NCBI RefSeq assembly: GCF_000009045.1
Contig: NC_000964.3
Span: forward strand, 2,046,001 to 2,110,000
Length of the DNA: 64,000 nt
Source of the DNA: Bacillus subtilis subsp. subtilis str. 168
GTDB lineage: Bacteria; Bacillota; Bacilli; Bacillales; Bacillaceae
Direction: 5' to 3'
Position numbers and translations under genes: made by a program. The notes under the pieces are model-generated. The model made no database searches. It had not been told where the DNA came from and worked only from the letters and a program-made list of their open reading frames with translations. Below are positions 12,715-22,400 of the stretch, piece after piece (the stretch's first letter is position 1; every line of letters starts with the position of its first letter).

Positions 12715-13638
12715 TTAATAGCCGACTTTTAAAAGTTCCAATCTAAAATTATCCTCTAAATCGGCTAGCTTCATTAACTTCTCCGATATACCTTTCCAAT
12801 CTTTATTTACAGACATAGAATGACATATCCCAAACACCTTAGCCTGTTCAGTCTTCAACACTGATAAATGTGAATGCCTATCTTTAAAATACATTGCATA
12901 ATCGTTGGCCCTTCTTGCACTTAATTGGAAAAGGAAGAATGTTGTATGCCTTATAGTATCAGCTGTAATAGGGGCATTTAATAATTGATCAGCATAAAAA
13001 CAAATTGCTTCCCTTCCAATTAACCCTATATCCACTTTTTCGAATTTCCGATAAGTTCTCTTAAAATAATCAATTGCTCTCTCGTATATTTCGTTATTGT
13101 CTAATGTGACAACCTTTTTTGCTGTAGACCAATATTTATTGATTCCTTTCCTATACGGAATCCTTTCCGCCATCCAAGCCTTCTTAAATTGGTCCAGTGA
13201 TAATGGAACAAATGGAAAGCCTGCTGGATCTTGCACATAAATATTTTCATTATCCATTTGGTACCCTAGAACATAATGGTCAGAACCATTTAAATTTTTA
13301 TGATTCGGATGGTATGTTAGCTCCCCCATATCTAAAGGGCCTAGAATGACAGGGTTTTGTTTGATTTGCTGTTTTAATAACGGAAATGGGTCATCTAAGT
13401 CACTAGCTTGCTGATGTTCTTCTGCAGTAAATCCAAGGATGTTTAAAGCATAATTGATACCATCATCAGGATCTCTCATACTAAAATAAAGGTTTTTTTC
13501 ATATTCTATCATGGCACCTAACCCAACACCAGTTAATATCTCTACAAGTTGAGGAGATACATTTTCTCCTATTGATGAAAGAAACATTGCAGTTGAATTT
13601 GAATAACAGTAATGGCCATTTCCTATATACACTAACAT
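12715..13638 (-). CDS. yobF: Papain-fold / BtrH-N-like putative peptidase
   Basis: Candidate Cys-His-Asp triad: HYCYSNS, SDHYVL, VQDP. RBS GGAGG. Confidence 0.7.
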   Translation of the reverse strand: MLVYIGNGHYCYSNSTAMFLSSIGENVSPQLVEILTGVGLGAMIEYEKNLYFSMRDPDDGINYALNILGFTAEEHQQASDLDDPFPLLKQQIKQNPVILGPLDMGELTYHPNHKNLNGSDHYVLGYQMDNENIYVQDPAGFPFVPLSLDQFKKAWMAERIPYRKGINKYWSTAKKVVTLDNNEIYERAIDYFKRTYRKFEKVDIGLIGREAICFYADQLLNAPITADTIRHTTFFLFQLSARRANDYAMYFKDRHSHLSVLKTEQAKVFGICHSMSVNKDWKGISEKLMKLADLEDNFRLELLKVGY

Positions 13639-13690
13639 CACCTCCGGGTAGATAAGTTAACCTTACAATTTTGAAAATTGAAAATCCATA

Positions 13691-13864
13691 TTAAATTGCT
13701 CCGTTCTCGTATTCATCATCTGGATCATTTTTATCAACAATAATGATCTTCTCGCCAATCTCCGTTTTACGATCGACCTCTACGTATTCGCGCTTGATGC
13801 TGCTAAGTGTTTCGTCAGCCAGTACGTGAATCATTACAGTTGAGTTCGCTTTAATTTCCGTCAT
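13691..13864 (-). CDS. 57-aa phage protein fragment
   Basis: RBS AAAGGG, then MTEIKANSTVMIHVLADETLSSIKREYVEVDRKTEIGEKIIIVDKNDPDDEYENGAI*. Absent from the ORF track (<60 aa). Confidence 0.55.
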   Translation of the reverse strand: MTEIKANSTVMIHVLADETLSSIKREYVEVDRKTEIGEKIIIVDKNDPDDEYENGAI

Positions 13865-14008
13865 TTACTGCACCCTTTATATTTTTTTTATGTTTTTTCA
13901 ATTCTTTTTAGATTTTCATATTGGATTTCACTCTTTTAATTATAGAGGCGTGTCATACACATGCCATCTAAGAGAGATAGGACAATTTTGTCTTGGAGGT
14001 GAAAGCTA

Positions 14009-14233
14009 ATGAATTTTCTTCTTGATCTTTTTACAAATTGGACTTTTGATAAAGTCCTGGATTATACACTAGCTGCTGTAATTTGGTCTGTATTTAAATC
14101 CAGATCAAAGCAGAATAAGTATCCAGGCTATTTCGAGAAAATACGCCGCTATAGAAATTTACATCCCCTTCTGCGATCGTTATCGATGCGTGTACTTTTA
14201 TCGATAACGATCCATCCTTATATGTTTAGTTAA
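14009..14233 (+). CDS. Small phage membrane-associated protein, 3' end possibly scrambled
   Basis: RBS GGAGG, then MNFLLDLFTNWTFDKVLDYTLAAVIW. The tail runs into an inverted repeat. Confidence 0.55.
   Translation: MNFLLDLFTNWTFDKVLDYTLAAVIWSVFKSRSKQNKYPGYFEKIRRYRNLHPLLRSLSMRVLLSITIHPYMFS
14175..14212. repeat. Perfect 13-bp inverted repeat with 12-nt spacer
   Basis: GATCGTTATCGAT-gcgtgtactttt-ATCGATAACGATC. Confidence 0.8.
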
Positions 14234-14236
14234 AAA

Positions 14237-14692
14237 CTATCTTTTATTTAGACTTAATGGGATAAAATCTTCATTGTAAAACTCTTCCCACTCAGCAATT
14301 AAGTTTCTATAATAGTTTTGGTTAGAGTCGGTTGGCATAGATTCAATATTGTCAAAACCATTAATACCGACATCTAATTCTACTGTCACTAATCCTTGGT
14401 AAAACTTCTTATAATTCTTTTTAATTACTTTGAAAAATTCAACATCAAAGAAGTCTTCATATTCAGTTGCTCCACTCCAAGAATCATAAGAGGACTTAAC
14501 ACGATAATTAAAAAGAACCAAAACTAACTCATCTTTCACATCTTTTGATATTTGCTCCATTAATTGATTTAGTCCTTCACTGGCATTAAAATCTACAATG
14601 CTTAATCGGAAGTCAATCCAAGTAACAGCTTCATCTTTTAACCTTCCTTCTCCGTCTTCATTCACTTCAATTAATACATATCTGTCAGCCAT
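14237..14692 (-). CDS. yozJ: Acidic hypothetical protein
   Basis: 151 aa. RBS AGGAGGG. Confidence 0.75.
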   Translation of the reverse strand: MADRYVLIEVNEDGEGRLKDEAVTWIDFRLSIVDFNASEGLNQLMEQISKDVKDELVLVLFNYRVKSSYDSWSGATEYEDFFDVEFFKVIKKNYKKFYQGLVTVELDVGINGFDNIESMPTDSNQNYYRNLIAEWEEFYNEDFIPLSLNKR

Positions 14693-14716
14693 AATTCCCT
14701 CCTAATTTATTTGTTT

Positions 14717-15143
14717 AAAATCACGATTTTAACTATTTATGATCCATTAGTCACTTCCAAAGCAACTTCCATTTAACTCATAATTAATATATAAAATGTA
14801 AATGGAGTTGATATATTTGAACCTTCGAAAAATTTTATTGAGTTCTGCTTTATCATTAGGTATGCTGGTATCTGCTGCTCCTGTCTTGGCAACAAGTTCT
14901 TCGTCTGAAGTGATAGTAAAAAGTGATGAATATGATTATGACACCATATATCAGCTTAGCCCCCTACCAAACTTCAAGCCTTCTATTGAATACAATGGAT
15001 ATACTTATACTCTCACACGTTATTATTTCGATTACTCAATTCAGTTTTATACGGCTATTTATACAAAAGTTGTTTAAACTTATAGGGAGCTTTTTTAGCT
15101 CCTTTTTCACCTTTTTAAGCAAGATATTTCTTTCTATGCGGTC
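14717..15143. repeat. Copy 2 of the diverged ~430-bp direct repeat
   Basis: Aligns by eye with 4587-5019. Confidence 0.85.
14817..15077 (+). CDS. YobB paralogue, small secreted Tyr-rich protein
   Basis: TTG start at the same offset from GGAG as in yobB. Near-identical C-terminus IEYNGYTYTLTR.YFDYSI.FYTAIYTKVV. Confidence 0.75.
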   Translation: MNLRKILLSSALSLGMLVSAAPVLATSSSSEVIVKSDEYDYDTIYQLSPLPNFKPSIEYNGYTYTLTRYYFDYSIQFYTAIYTKVV

Positions 15144-15827
15144 TTTTATGTATGAAATCAAATGCTTTCCCTAATTCCTTCTCTTCTGTTACCGCTGAGT
15201 CCATATCTTATATTGCATCTAAGGTTTAGTCAGTCGAGATCATTGAATATATAGTACTTTACTCAGAACATTTTGCTTATTAAGGACATAATAAGTGTTC
15301 GTATTAATTTTTCCTGTTACGATAACGATCAAAAACAAAATAATTTATCTCATTTTAAGACAGAAGTTATTCTGCTTTTTCAAAAAAATATTCTTGATTT
15401 TCCCTTTTTTAGATGCATCCATAAAGCATTCGATCATAACCATTATATGTAACTGAAATGCAGGTATAAGAGTTATTATATAGGGATTACACTACCATTA
15501 TCTGGGGGTGTATTAACATCCAAATACTCAAAAGCAAGAACAAATGTACCCATAGCACTTCCATTTCCACACCCTATCCAAATTTTCATTTTCCTAATTC
15601 CACATCAAAATCACCCTTTTTCACATCGTAATCACTATCGTAAAAGCCTATAGTATCAACGTTTTTCCTTCTTAAAATTTTCTTTTTTTATAAATATCTT
15701 CCCAAAACAACCACTTTCCCCTACTCCCGCTTATGTTTTACGATCGTTTACCCCCTATTTACTAATTAAAGTATCAAAAATTCTTATGTTTACTGTCTTT
15801 TTAGCTCATTATAAATTTTTACGATAA

Positions 15828-15995
15828 GCAATTGCCTTTGCTTTTGGATATGACTTGACTGTATTTGGTGACGATTTAACAGAGAAATTTAATGCTCTTC
15901 TGACTTTTTTAACTGCATTGGGCATTATTGTTGATCCAACAACTCAAGGTATTTCTGATAGTGAACAAGCAATGGATTATGATTCACCGAGATAA
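15828..15995 (+). pseudogene. C-terminal half of a phage holin (BhlB / phi LC3-like)
   Basis: AIAFAFGYDLTVFGDDLTEKFNALLTFLTALGIIVDPTTQGISDSEQAMDYDSPR*. In-frame TAA immediately upstream and no start. Confidence 0.75.
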
Positions 15996-16149
15996 ACCCC
16001 ATACCCTTCTCTTGATTGAGGAGGGTATTTTTTTCGTTTTTTCAAATGAAAAAATTGCAGAAAACTTTACATCCTTTTACAATTTTTTCAATGACTATGT
16101 TATGATTGTTTTCGAGAGATTTTTGAAATTTTCAGAAAGAGGGGTTTAA

Positions 16150-17265
16150 ATGAGTAAGATCGCTTCTGAAGTTGTCGCTACTACACTGAATGACTGGTAC
16201 ATTGCTATAAAAAAACAAAAGGTTGATGAATCAATAAAATATTATTCAGAGATAAAGAAACTTTTTGATGAAATGGAAGAAGATCAAGAAGTTCTTGCGT
16301 ATTATAGTCTATTAGAAGAAAGACATAAAATGTTGCTGCATTCTTCACGAGGAGAGCCTTTACAAAAGCACACCTATTTTACTGAAGACAATCAAAACTT
16401 CATAACAAAAACAAATGATAAATTAGAATACAACTTTTATTTATTTGAAGCAATGTACGAGGCATACAACAAAAACTATGATCGAGCAATTAACCTATAT
16501 GGATTAGCTGAGAAAAAGCTTGCAGAAATTCCAGATGAAATTGAAGCAGCTGAATTTTACTCTAAAGTCTCTTACTTATATACTCTTGTTAAACAAAGCA
16601 TTGTGGCACAACATTATATAAAAAATGCAATTTCAATATATAAGCGACACCCTGATTATAAATGCAAACTAGCTACATCAACAATGATTGCAGCTGCAAA
16701 CTATGCTGATATGAAACGATTTGAGGAAGCAGAACAATATTACTTAGAAGCAATTGATATTGCAAAAGAAACAAAAGATGAATTTTTAAAAGCTCAATTA
16801 TTTCACAATCTTAGTATCGTTTATTCTGATTGGAACAAACCTGATAAATGCATTGAATCTCTTGAAAAAGCAATAGGAAATGAATCTTGGTTACATTCGA
16901 TTTATTATATAAATTCTTTATTCATGATGATTAAAGAACTCTTTAAAATTGACGAAAAAATGAAAGCCATTAATTTTTACAATAAAGCACAGGAAAGACT
17001 CATATTAATGGAGAATAAAGTATACGAAGCCAAAATCAGCATCCTGTATAACCTTTATTGTGGGGAATTAAAAAATAATTTCAATAATTGTATTAGTAAT
17101 ATTGAGTTTTTAAAACAGCAAAATGAACTTGAAAGTGTAGATGAATTGTCCTACATAGCTGCAAAAAGGTTTGAATCAATAGGTGCTTTTGAAGAAGCAA
17201 CGAGCTTTTTCAATGCGAAAATTTGGGCTGAACAGAAAATGAATCAGGTGGAGGGAATCTTATGA
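16150..17265 (+). CDS. rapK: Rap regulator (TPR)
   Basis: Typical Rap N-terminus (LNDWYIAIKK...EEDQEVLAYYSLLEERH) and TPR repeats. Confidence 0.95.
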   Translation: MSKIASEVVATTLNDWYIAIKKQKVDESIKYYSEIKKLFDEMEEDQEVLAYYSLLEERHKMLLHSSRGEPLQKHTYFTEDNQNFITKTNDKLEYNFYLFEAMYEAYNKNYDRAINLYGLAEKKLAEIPDEIEAAEFYSKVSYLYTLVKQSIVAQHYIKNAISIYKRHPDYKCKLATSTMIAAANYADMKRFEEAEQYYLEAIDIAKETKDEFLKAQLFHNLSIVYSDWNKPDKCIESLEKAIGNESWLHSIYYINSLFMMIKELFKIDEKMKAINFYNKAQERLILMENKVYEAKISILYNLYCGELKNNFNNCISNIEFLKQQNELESVDELSYIAAKRFESIGAFEEATSFFNAKIWAEQKMNQVEGIL

Positions 17266-17384
17266 AAAAACTTGTGCTTTGCGTATCTATTTTAGCTGTG
17301 ATTTTAAGTGGAGTAGCTTTAACGCAATTGAGTACAGATTCACCATCTAACATCCAGGTAGCTGAAAGGCCAGTCGGAGGTTAA
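17262..17384 (+). CDS. phrK: Phr signalling peptide precursor, 40 aa
   Basis: Overlaps the rapK stop (ATGA). MKKLVLCVSILAVILSGVALTQLSTDSPSNIQVAERPVGG, mature ERPVG(G). Confidence 0.93.
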   Translation: MKKLVLCVSILAVILSGVALTQLSTDSPSNIQVAERPVGG

Positions 17385-17405
17385 AAAAGGTTGATTAATT
17401 AATTT

Positions 17406-17440
17406 AGCCCTACTCAAACATTTGAGTGGGCTTTTATTTT
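17406..17440. terminator. Terminator between phrK and the uvrX-like pseudogene
   Basis: AGCCC-t-ACTCAAA...TTGAGTGGGCT followed by T-tracts. Confidence 0.7.
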
Positions 17441-18547
17441 ATGATTTATGTCCACCGGTCAGCCCTGCTCTGTGGAGCGCAGTACCTGCAAACGTAACTG
17501 AGATACTTCTCACTGTTTTTTGCCCGAGTAAAACTTATTAAAGAACATCAAGCAACACTTATAAATATCCATCGTGATATTTGTGGGAAAATCAATTGTT
17601 TTGGATCGATGAAAACCACCGCCAAGCTCATCTTTACTGTATCCAATTCCTAGACTTATTGTTCGACCAACTTTATTATATGTACGTGCCCTTCTTGCGA
17701 CTTCCTCACAAATCTCCAAGAGCACAGCTTTAATCTCTTCTCTCTTTGTATAATCCCTAAACAAAATCTGACTCTTACCAAAACTAATCTGCCCCTGCAT
17801 CAATGGAGCTCCTATTTCAGATAAATCAATTCCGTGAGCATGATAGTACAACTGGTTTCCCATTATTCCGAACTTCTTTTCAAGCAGCTCTAAAGGAAAT
17901 TTAGCTAACTGACCTACAGTTGATATACCCATTCGATTCAGATTTCTTTCCATCCTCCCTCCTATCCCCCACATTTTAGACAAAGGTCGAACTTTCCAGA
18001 GTCTATTTGGCACATCTTCATATCTCCAACGTGCAATACCACTCTTTGTTTTCTTACTCTCCAGGTCAAGTGCAAGCTTACTAAGCAACATATTGTCACC
18101 AATTCCAACTGTGCACATCAAACCAAATTCTCTCCACATGCTGCTTTGGATTGCTTTGGCCATTTCTTCAGGATTCTCTTTTCCTGCATCTAAAAAAGAT
18201 TAATCAATTGAATACGTGTGGACACATTTTTCAGGAACAAATCTGTAAAACAGCTTTGTAATCTCAGTTGAAACTCTGATGAAAAGCTTCATTTGTGGAT
18301 TTACAATGTATATTCTTGGATCTTCAGGTATCTCAAATAGTCTCGATCCTGTTTTGATTCCAAAATCTTTTTTAAGTGCAGGAGATGCAGCTAACACTAC
18401 ACTTCCCTGTCTATCCGTATTCCCTACAACGGCAAGATAACATGTTAAAGGATTAAGCCCCATTGCTACAGCCGATACAGAAGCATAAAAGGATTTCATA
18501 TCGACACAGAGTATATTCTCACGTGGAAATTGTGAGTAATCAGTCAT
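17439..18547 (-). pseudogene. yobH: Y-family DNA polymerase (UvrX/UmuC-like), split into yozK and yobH
   Basis: CVDMKSFYAS motif. YSID-TAA(18200)-SFLD continues in frame into MAKAIQ. Frameshift in the A-run at 17516-17521, then ...AGLTGGHKS* at 17439. Confidence 0.88.
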
Positions 18548-18868
18548 TGTATATAACTCTTATGATGTTATTCATGTTGATATAAACTGTATTGTCGTTC
18601 TGGTCTTTTACGTGAAGCTTTTGTTGTTCAAAATTAATGTAATGTACTCTGCCGGTAACATTTTCAACAAATCCCTTGTTAAAGAGTTTGAATTTCAACT
18701 CTTTATTAAATTCCAATGCCTCAGAAACGAGAATATCCATCTCATCAATTTGTTTGTCATCTAAAGATGGCTTTTCAACTTTTGATCCATCAATCAAATC
18801 TTGTTTAAGCTGTATTAATTGTTCTAGCATCATTGATGTCCATTGATAGTTCCTCGATCCCTAAACAT
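18540..18868 (-). pseudogene. yozL: YolD-like (UmuD-analogue) gene with N-terminal frameshift
   Basis: RBS AAGGAG plus ATG 18868 gives MFRDRGTI, then a 1-nt shift to WTSMML. The 97-aa ORF from 18833 lacks this motif. Confidence 0.8.
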
Positions 18869-18901
18869 ATCGACTCACTCCTTGATTGATCTAATATCAA
18901 C

Positions 18902-18945
18902 AGAACAAACGTTCCTTATTCAATATAGATCAGAACAAAAGTTCG
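18902..18945. promoter_or_regulatory. Two LexA (SOS) boxes
   Basis: AGAACAAACGTTCC (18902-18915) and AGAACAAAAGTTCG (18932-18945) versus consensus CGAACRNRYGTTYC. Confidence 0.85.
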
Positions 18946-19041
18946 ATGTAAATGTTGGTAATAAAATATAAAGGTCAATAATGATATCCGTAGTATTAAT
19001 AAAGGAGAGATTCTTTTCGACGAGGGAGAGTGTGATGGTGA

Positions 19042-19377
19042 ATGAAGAAGAGGTTAATTGGATTTTTGGTCTTAGTTCCTGCTTTGATTATGTGGGGTAT
19101 AACTTTAATCGAATCAAACAAAAAGACCCCTGTAGAAGTTTTAGAAAGTGCTTGGGATGAATTTGGGTTATTTAGTTTTGAAATTGGAATAACAGATCCG
19201 GCAATTACAATAGGCATGGATCAAACCAAAAGTGAAGCAAAACTCCGTGAATATTTAAAAGATAATCTGTCTAGAGAAGCCAAGGAAAAATATAAGATTT
19301 ATATATTCAAGGATGATACTGATAAGCTGGAGAAAGAGCATCAAGAATATTTGAAAGAAAATAATCTCAATAAGTAA
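19042..19377 (+). CDS. yozM: Membrane-anchored phage protein (resembles SPbeta YolC)
   Basis: N-terminal TM helix. RBS GAGGGAG. Divergent from the YolD-like gene. Confidence 0.8.
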   Translation: MKKRLIGFLVLVPALIMWGITLIESNKKTPVEVLESAWDEFGLFSFEIGITDPAITIGMDQTKSEAKLREYLKDNLSREAKEKYKIYIFKDDTDKLEKEHQEYLKENNLNK

Positions 19378-19423
19378 AACGCCCAGCAATTAAAACTGGA
19401 CGTTAAAAAACATTAGTTATTCT

Positions 19424-22400
19424 TTATTTTTTTTTAGTATTCACACGTAATCTCTCTCTATCTTCTTTAAAAGAGGATATGTAGTTTTTAGACTCTAATG
19501 CAGTCACCAACGCTTTATTAGTTCTATTATTTGAGATCTTTATTCGTCTGCCTTTTTCAGCAATTTCAGAGTAAGGTTCCCCTATTTTAGTTAAAAATTC
19601 AGTAATTGATTCATTATCAATATGCTTTATTTGTCCAGCTAGCAACGATAACCTAGTATCCAATGTTGTAGGTGATTCAAGCAAAAAGGTTAGTAGTTCA
19701 TTGGTGATTTTCAGGTTATGCTCATTAATAAAATAAATTGTATCTTTAAGAATATCATTATTTCCATCTGTCAAACAGTTAGAATTTAAATGTTGTACAA
19801 ATATTTCTTTGTTAAATTGAGAGAGCTCGTTGCTATCTATGAGTTGCTTTATATCATTGGCATCAAGGGAAAAATCACCTTGTTTATCAATAAACTCGTC
19901 AGGGTTTCTCAAAGCGAGTTGGATATGAAGTGTATCAAAATTTAATTTTAACTCTTTAAAATTTTCCGGTGTTAGAGATAACAAATCATTATCAATCAAT
20001 AATTTTGCTCTTTTTTCACTAACATTTCCGAGCGGAAAGTAAATCCAACTTTGAATACTAGCAATTAACACTTCGAATGTTTCGTCTGTAATATCCCGAC
20101 TATTAATGATTTCTTCTGAGATATCTTCTAAAATCGCTTCGTCAAATTTATCATCAAACGCCTCTATATTATTTTTAGAGAGCTCTTTTCTATTAACAGG
20201 ATTGTTTAAGAAAGCTATTAAGAAATCAGGCATTTTTTTATTGTATTCTACATAAGAAGTAATAACGTTTGACCAGCATGCAACCATTTTATTTTCACGG
20301 ATCACAATTGGCCATAACTCTTTAATCAATTCACCAATATCCGAGATGGCAAAAGTTTTTTTCATGATCATTGCATGCTTTACTCTCTTATCTAAATCCT
20401 CCCGATTTAATAACTCCAGAAAACTTTCCTCTGGTTCCTCAATCTCCTCAGTAAGTAAAACTTTTTCAACAAATATATCAATATTGTCATTTACGTAATT
20501 GATAACAGCCTGCTGATCAGAGTTTTTAACTGCAGCATACGTTATATTGGGAGCATCATTTAAAATAACTGATAAAGTTTTGATATTAATTTCGTATAGA
20601 TTTCGTTGAACAACAAAGTCATATATTGTTTCAGAATTTAGCAAATGATCCAAACTTTTAAATTTAACTTGGAGTTTTAATAGTAGTTCTTTTATTTTCT
20701 CCTCATCAGATACTAAGCTGAGAAGATTTAAGTACTTGGATAATGTGAAAGACATGACCGACTCTTTATTCATTCGGATAATATCAGCTATATCAGCATA
20801 TGTAAGTATATCTGACAAGTATTCCTCTTTTTTCTGTTGTGTATAATTGGATCTAAGTTCAATAAAACTCCAAAAATCATCCCATTTACTAGATATCGAT
20901 TGGATAAAGGCAGCTTTATTTATTGCCCTTTCTTTAAAACCATCTATGAATGTAACAGATTCTTTACTTCCATTTGCAAGTCGCTCAATTATGCTATCAT
21001 AATAATTACGGTATTCAGAATGATCCATTATATAGTTTAAGAGATGAAAATTAAGTACCTCTATTTGCTTAAATTCAGCACCAACTAATTTGCTCATTAT
21101 TTTACCGATATTATCCAGCTCAAAGCTGTAAGGCAATGACTCGTGGTTTTTAATACTAAATACAAATTTAATATCGGAAAGACTTAAACTTTCTGGATAG
21201 AAGTAAGTGATGTAATGGTTATACATTTCATCAATATATCCATGACGTAGCAGGTAAACAAGTAATTTTTTCTCGTAAAGCTTATCAGAAAATACATCCT
21301 TTGAATTCATTTTTGTAATTAATACTTGTAAAGATTGCGCTCTTATTTCTTGCTTTTCTCTCTCTAATTCCAATAGTTCTTTCTTGAATTTTTGGATTTC
21401 ATTTTTCTCTATAGCCTTGATGGCATCTTCTCTTTCAAAGTAGTTCGGTTTCCGACCAAAAACAGTTGCAATTTCTTTAATTGTCGCTGGACCATTTCTA
21501 TTTCTTAAATAACAATAGATAGTATCCGCATTTTTTAACTTCTCAAAAAACCGATCTTTATTAGATGTATTGCCTCTAAATACCTCGCCATCTATATTAA
21601 TATCATAATTAGAATTCAAATTTGATATTTCTAATTCGCTCAAGTATATAAAATTTAATTCAGCAATTGATTTTAAAGACTCAACTTCTATATTCGCTAA
21701 TTTCCTCTCTAATTGTTGTATTTTAGCATTAATTAATTTTATTTGTTCCTCAATTATAAGTTGTTTTTTTTGAAAGATTTCATATACCAACCCTTTGTTA
21801 TATTGTAATTTAGAAAAATCCACAGGATAAATATTTTTGTAGATTATCATTGCTAACATTTTGTTAGGATCAAGATCAATTGCACTTAGTTTTTGTTGGT
21901 ATATAACAAATTCATTAAAAATATTCTTTAATACTCTCATGTCATCAATGTAAATTGTTACATCCTCTAAGAAATGAGTGTTTATCAAATCAGAATATGG
22001 TGAATGTTTTATTTTCTTTTTAAGTATGTCTCCTGAATTAGATGCATTAATAATTGGTATTACTGGGATAATAAAATCAAAAAATTTTGTGCGGTCTCTA
22101 GTTAACTTTTCAGTGTCTGCATCTCCAAAAATATCATCTTTTATCGCATATATAAAAACAACACGTCTATCTATTTGTTCTGAATTATTTATAAGTTCAT
22201 TTAATTCTCTTAATCTTTCAAAAATACCTATATTATTAAAGCGATCTAAGTCCTCAAATATTACAACATTATACTTGGAGGCTTCAAAAAAATATAATAT
22301 TTCATCTAAATATTTATCAAATATAGAAGAGTTTTCTTCCCCTGTATTTTTTTCTAACGTTGTATTAGCAATTGTAACCTTATTCAATTTTAAGTTGGCA

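Noticed and set aside
15477-15590. 37-aa minus-strand ORF MKIWIGCGNG...
   Set aside because: The apparent RBS pairs with an upstream ATG that stops after three codons, and no family is recognisable.
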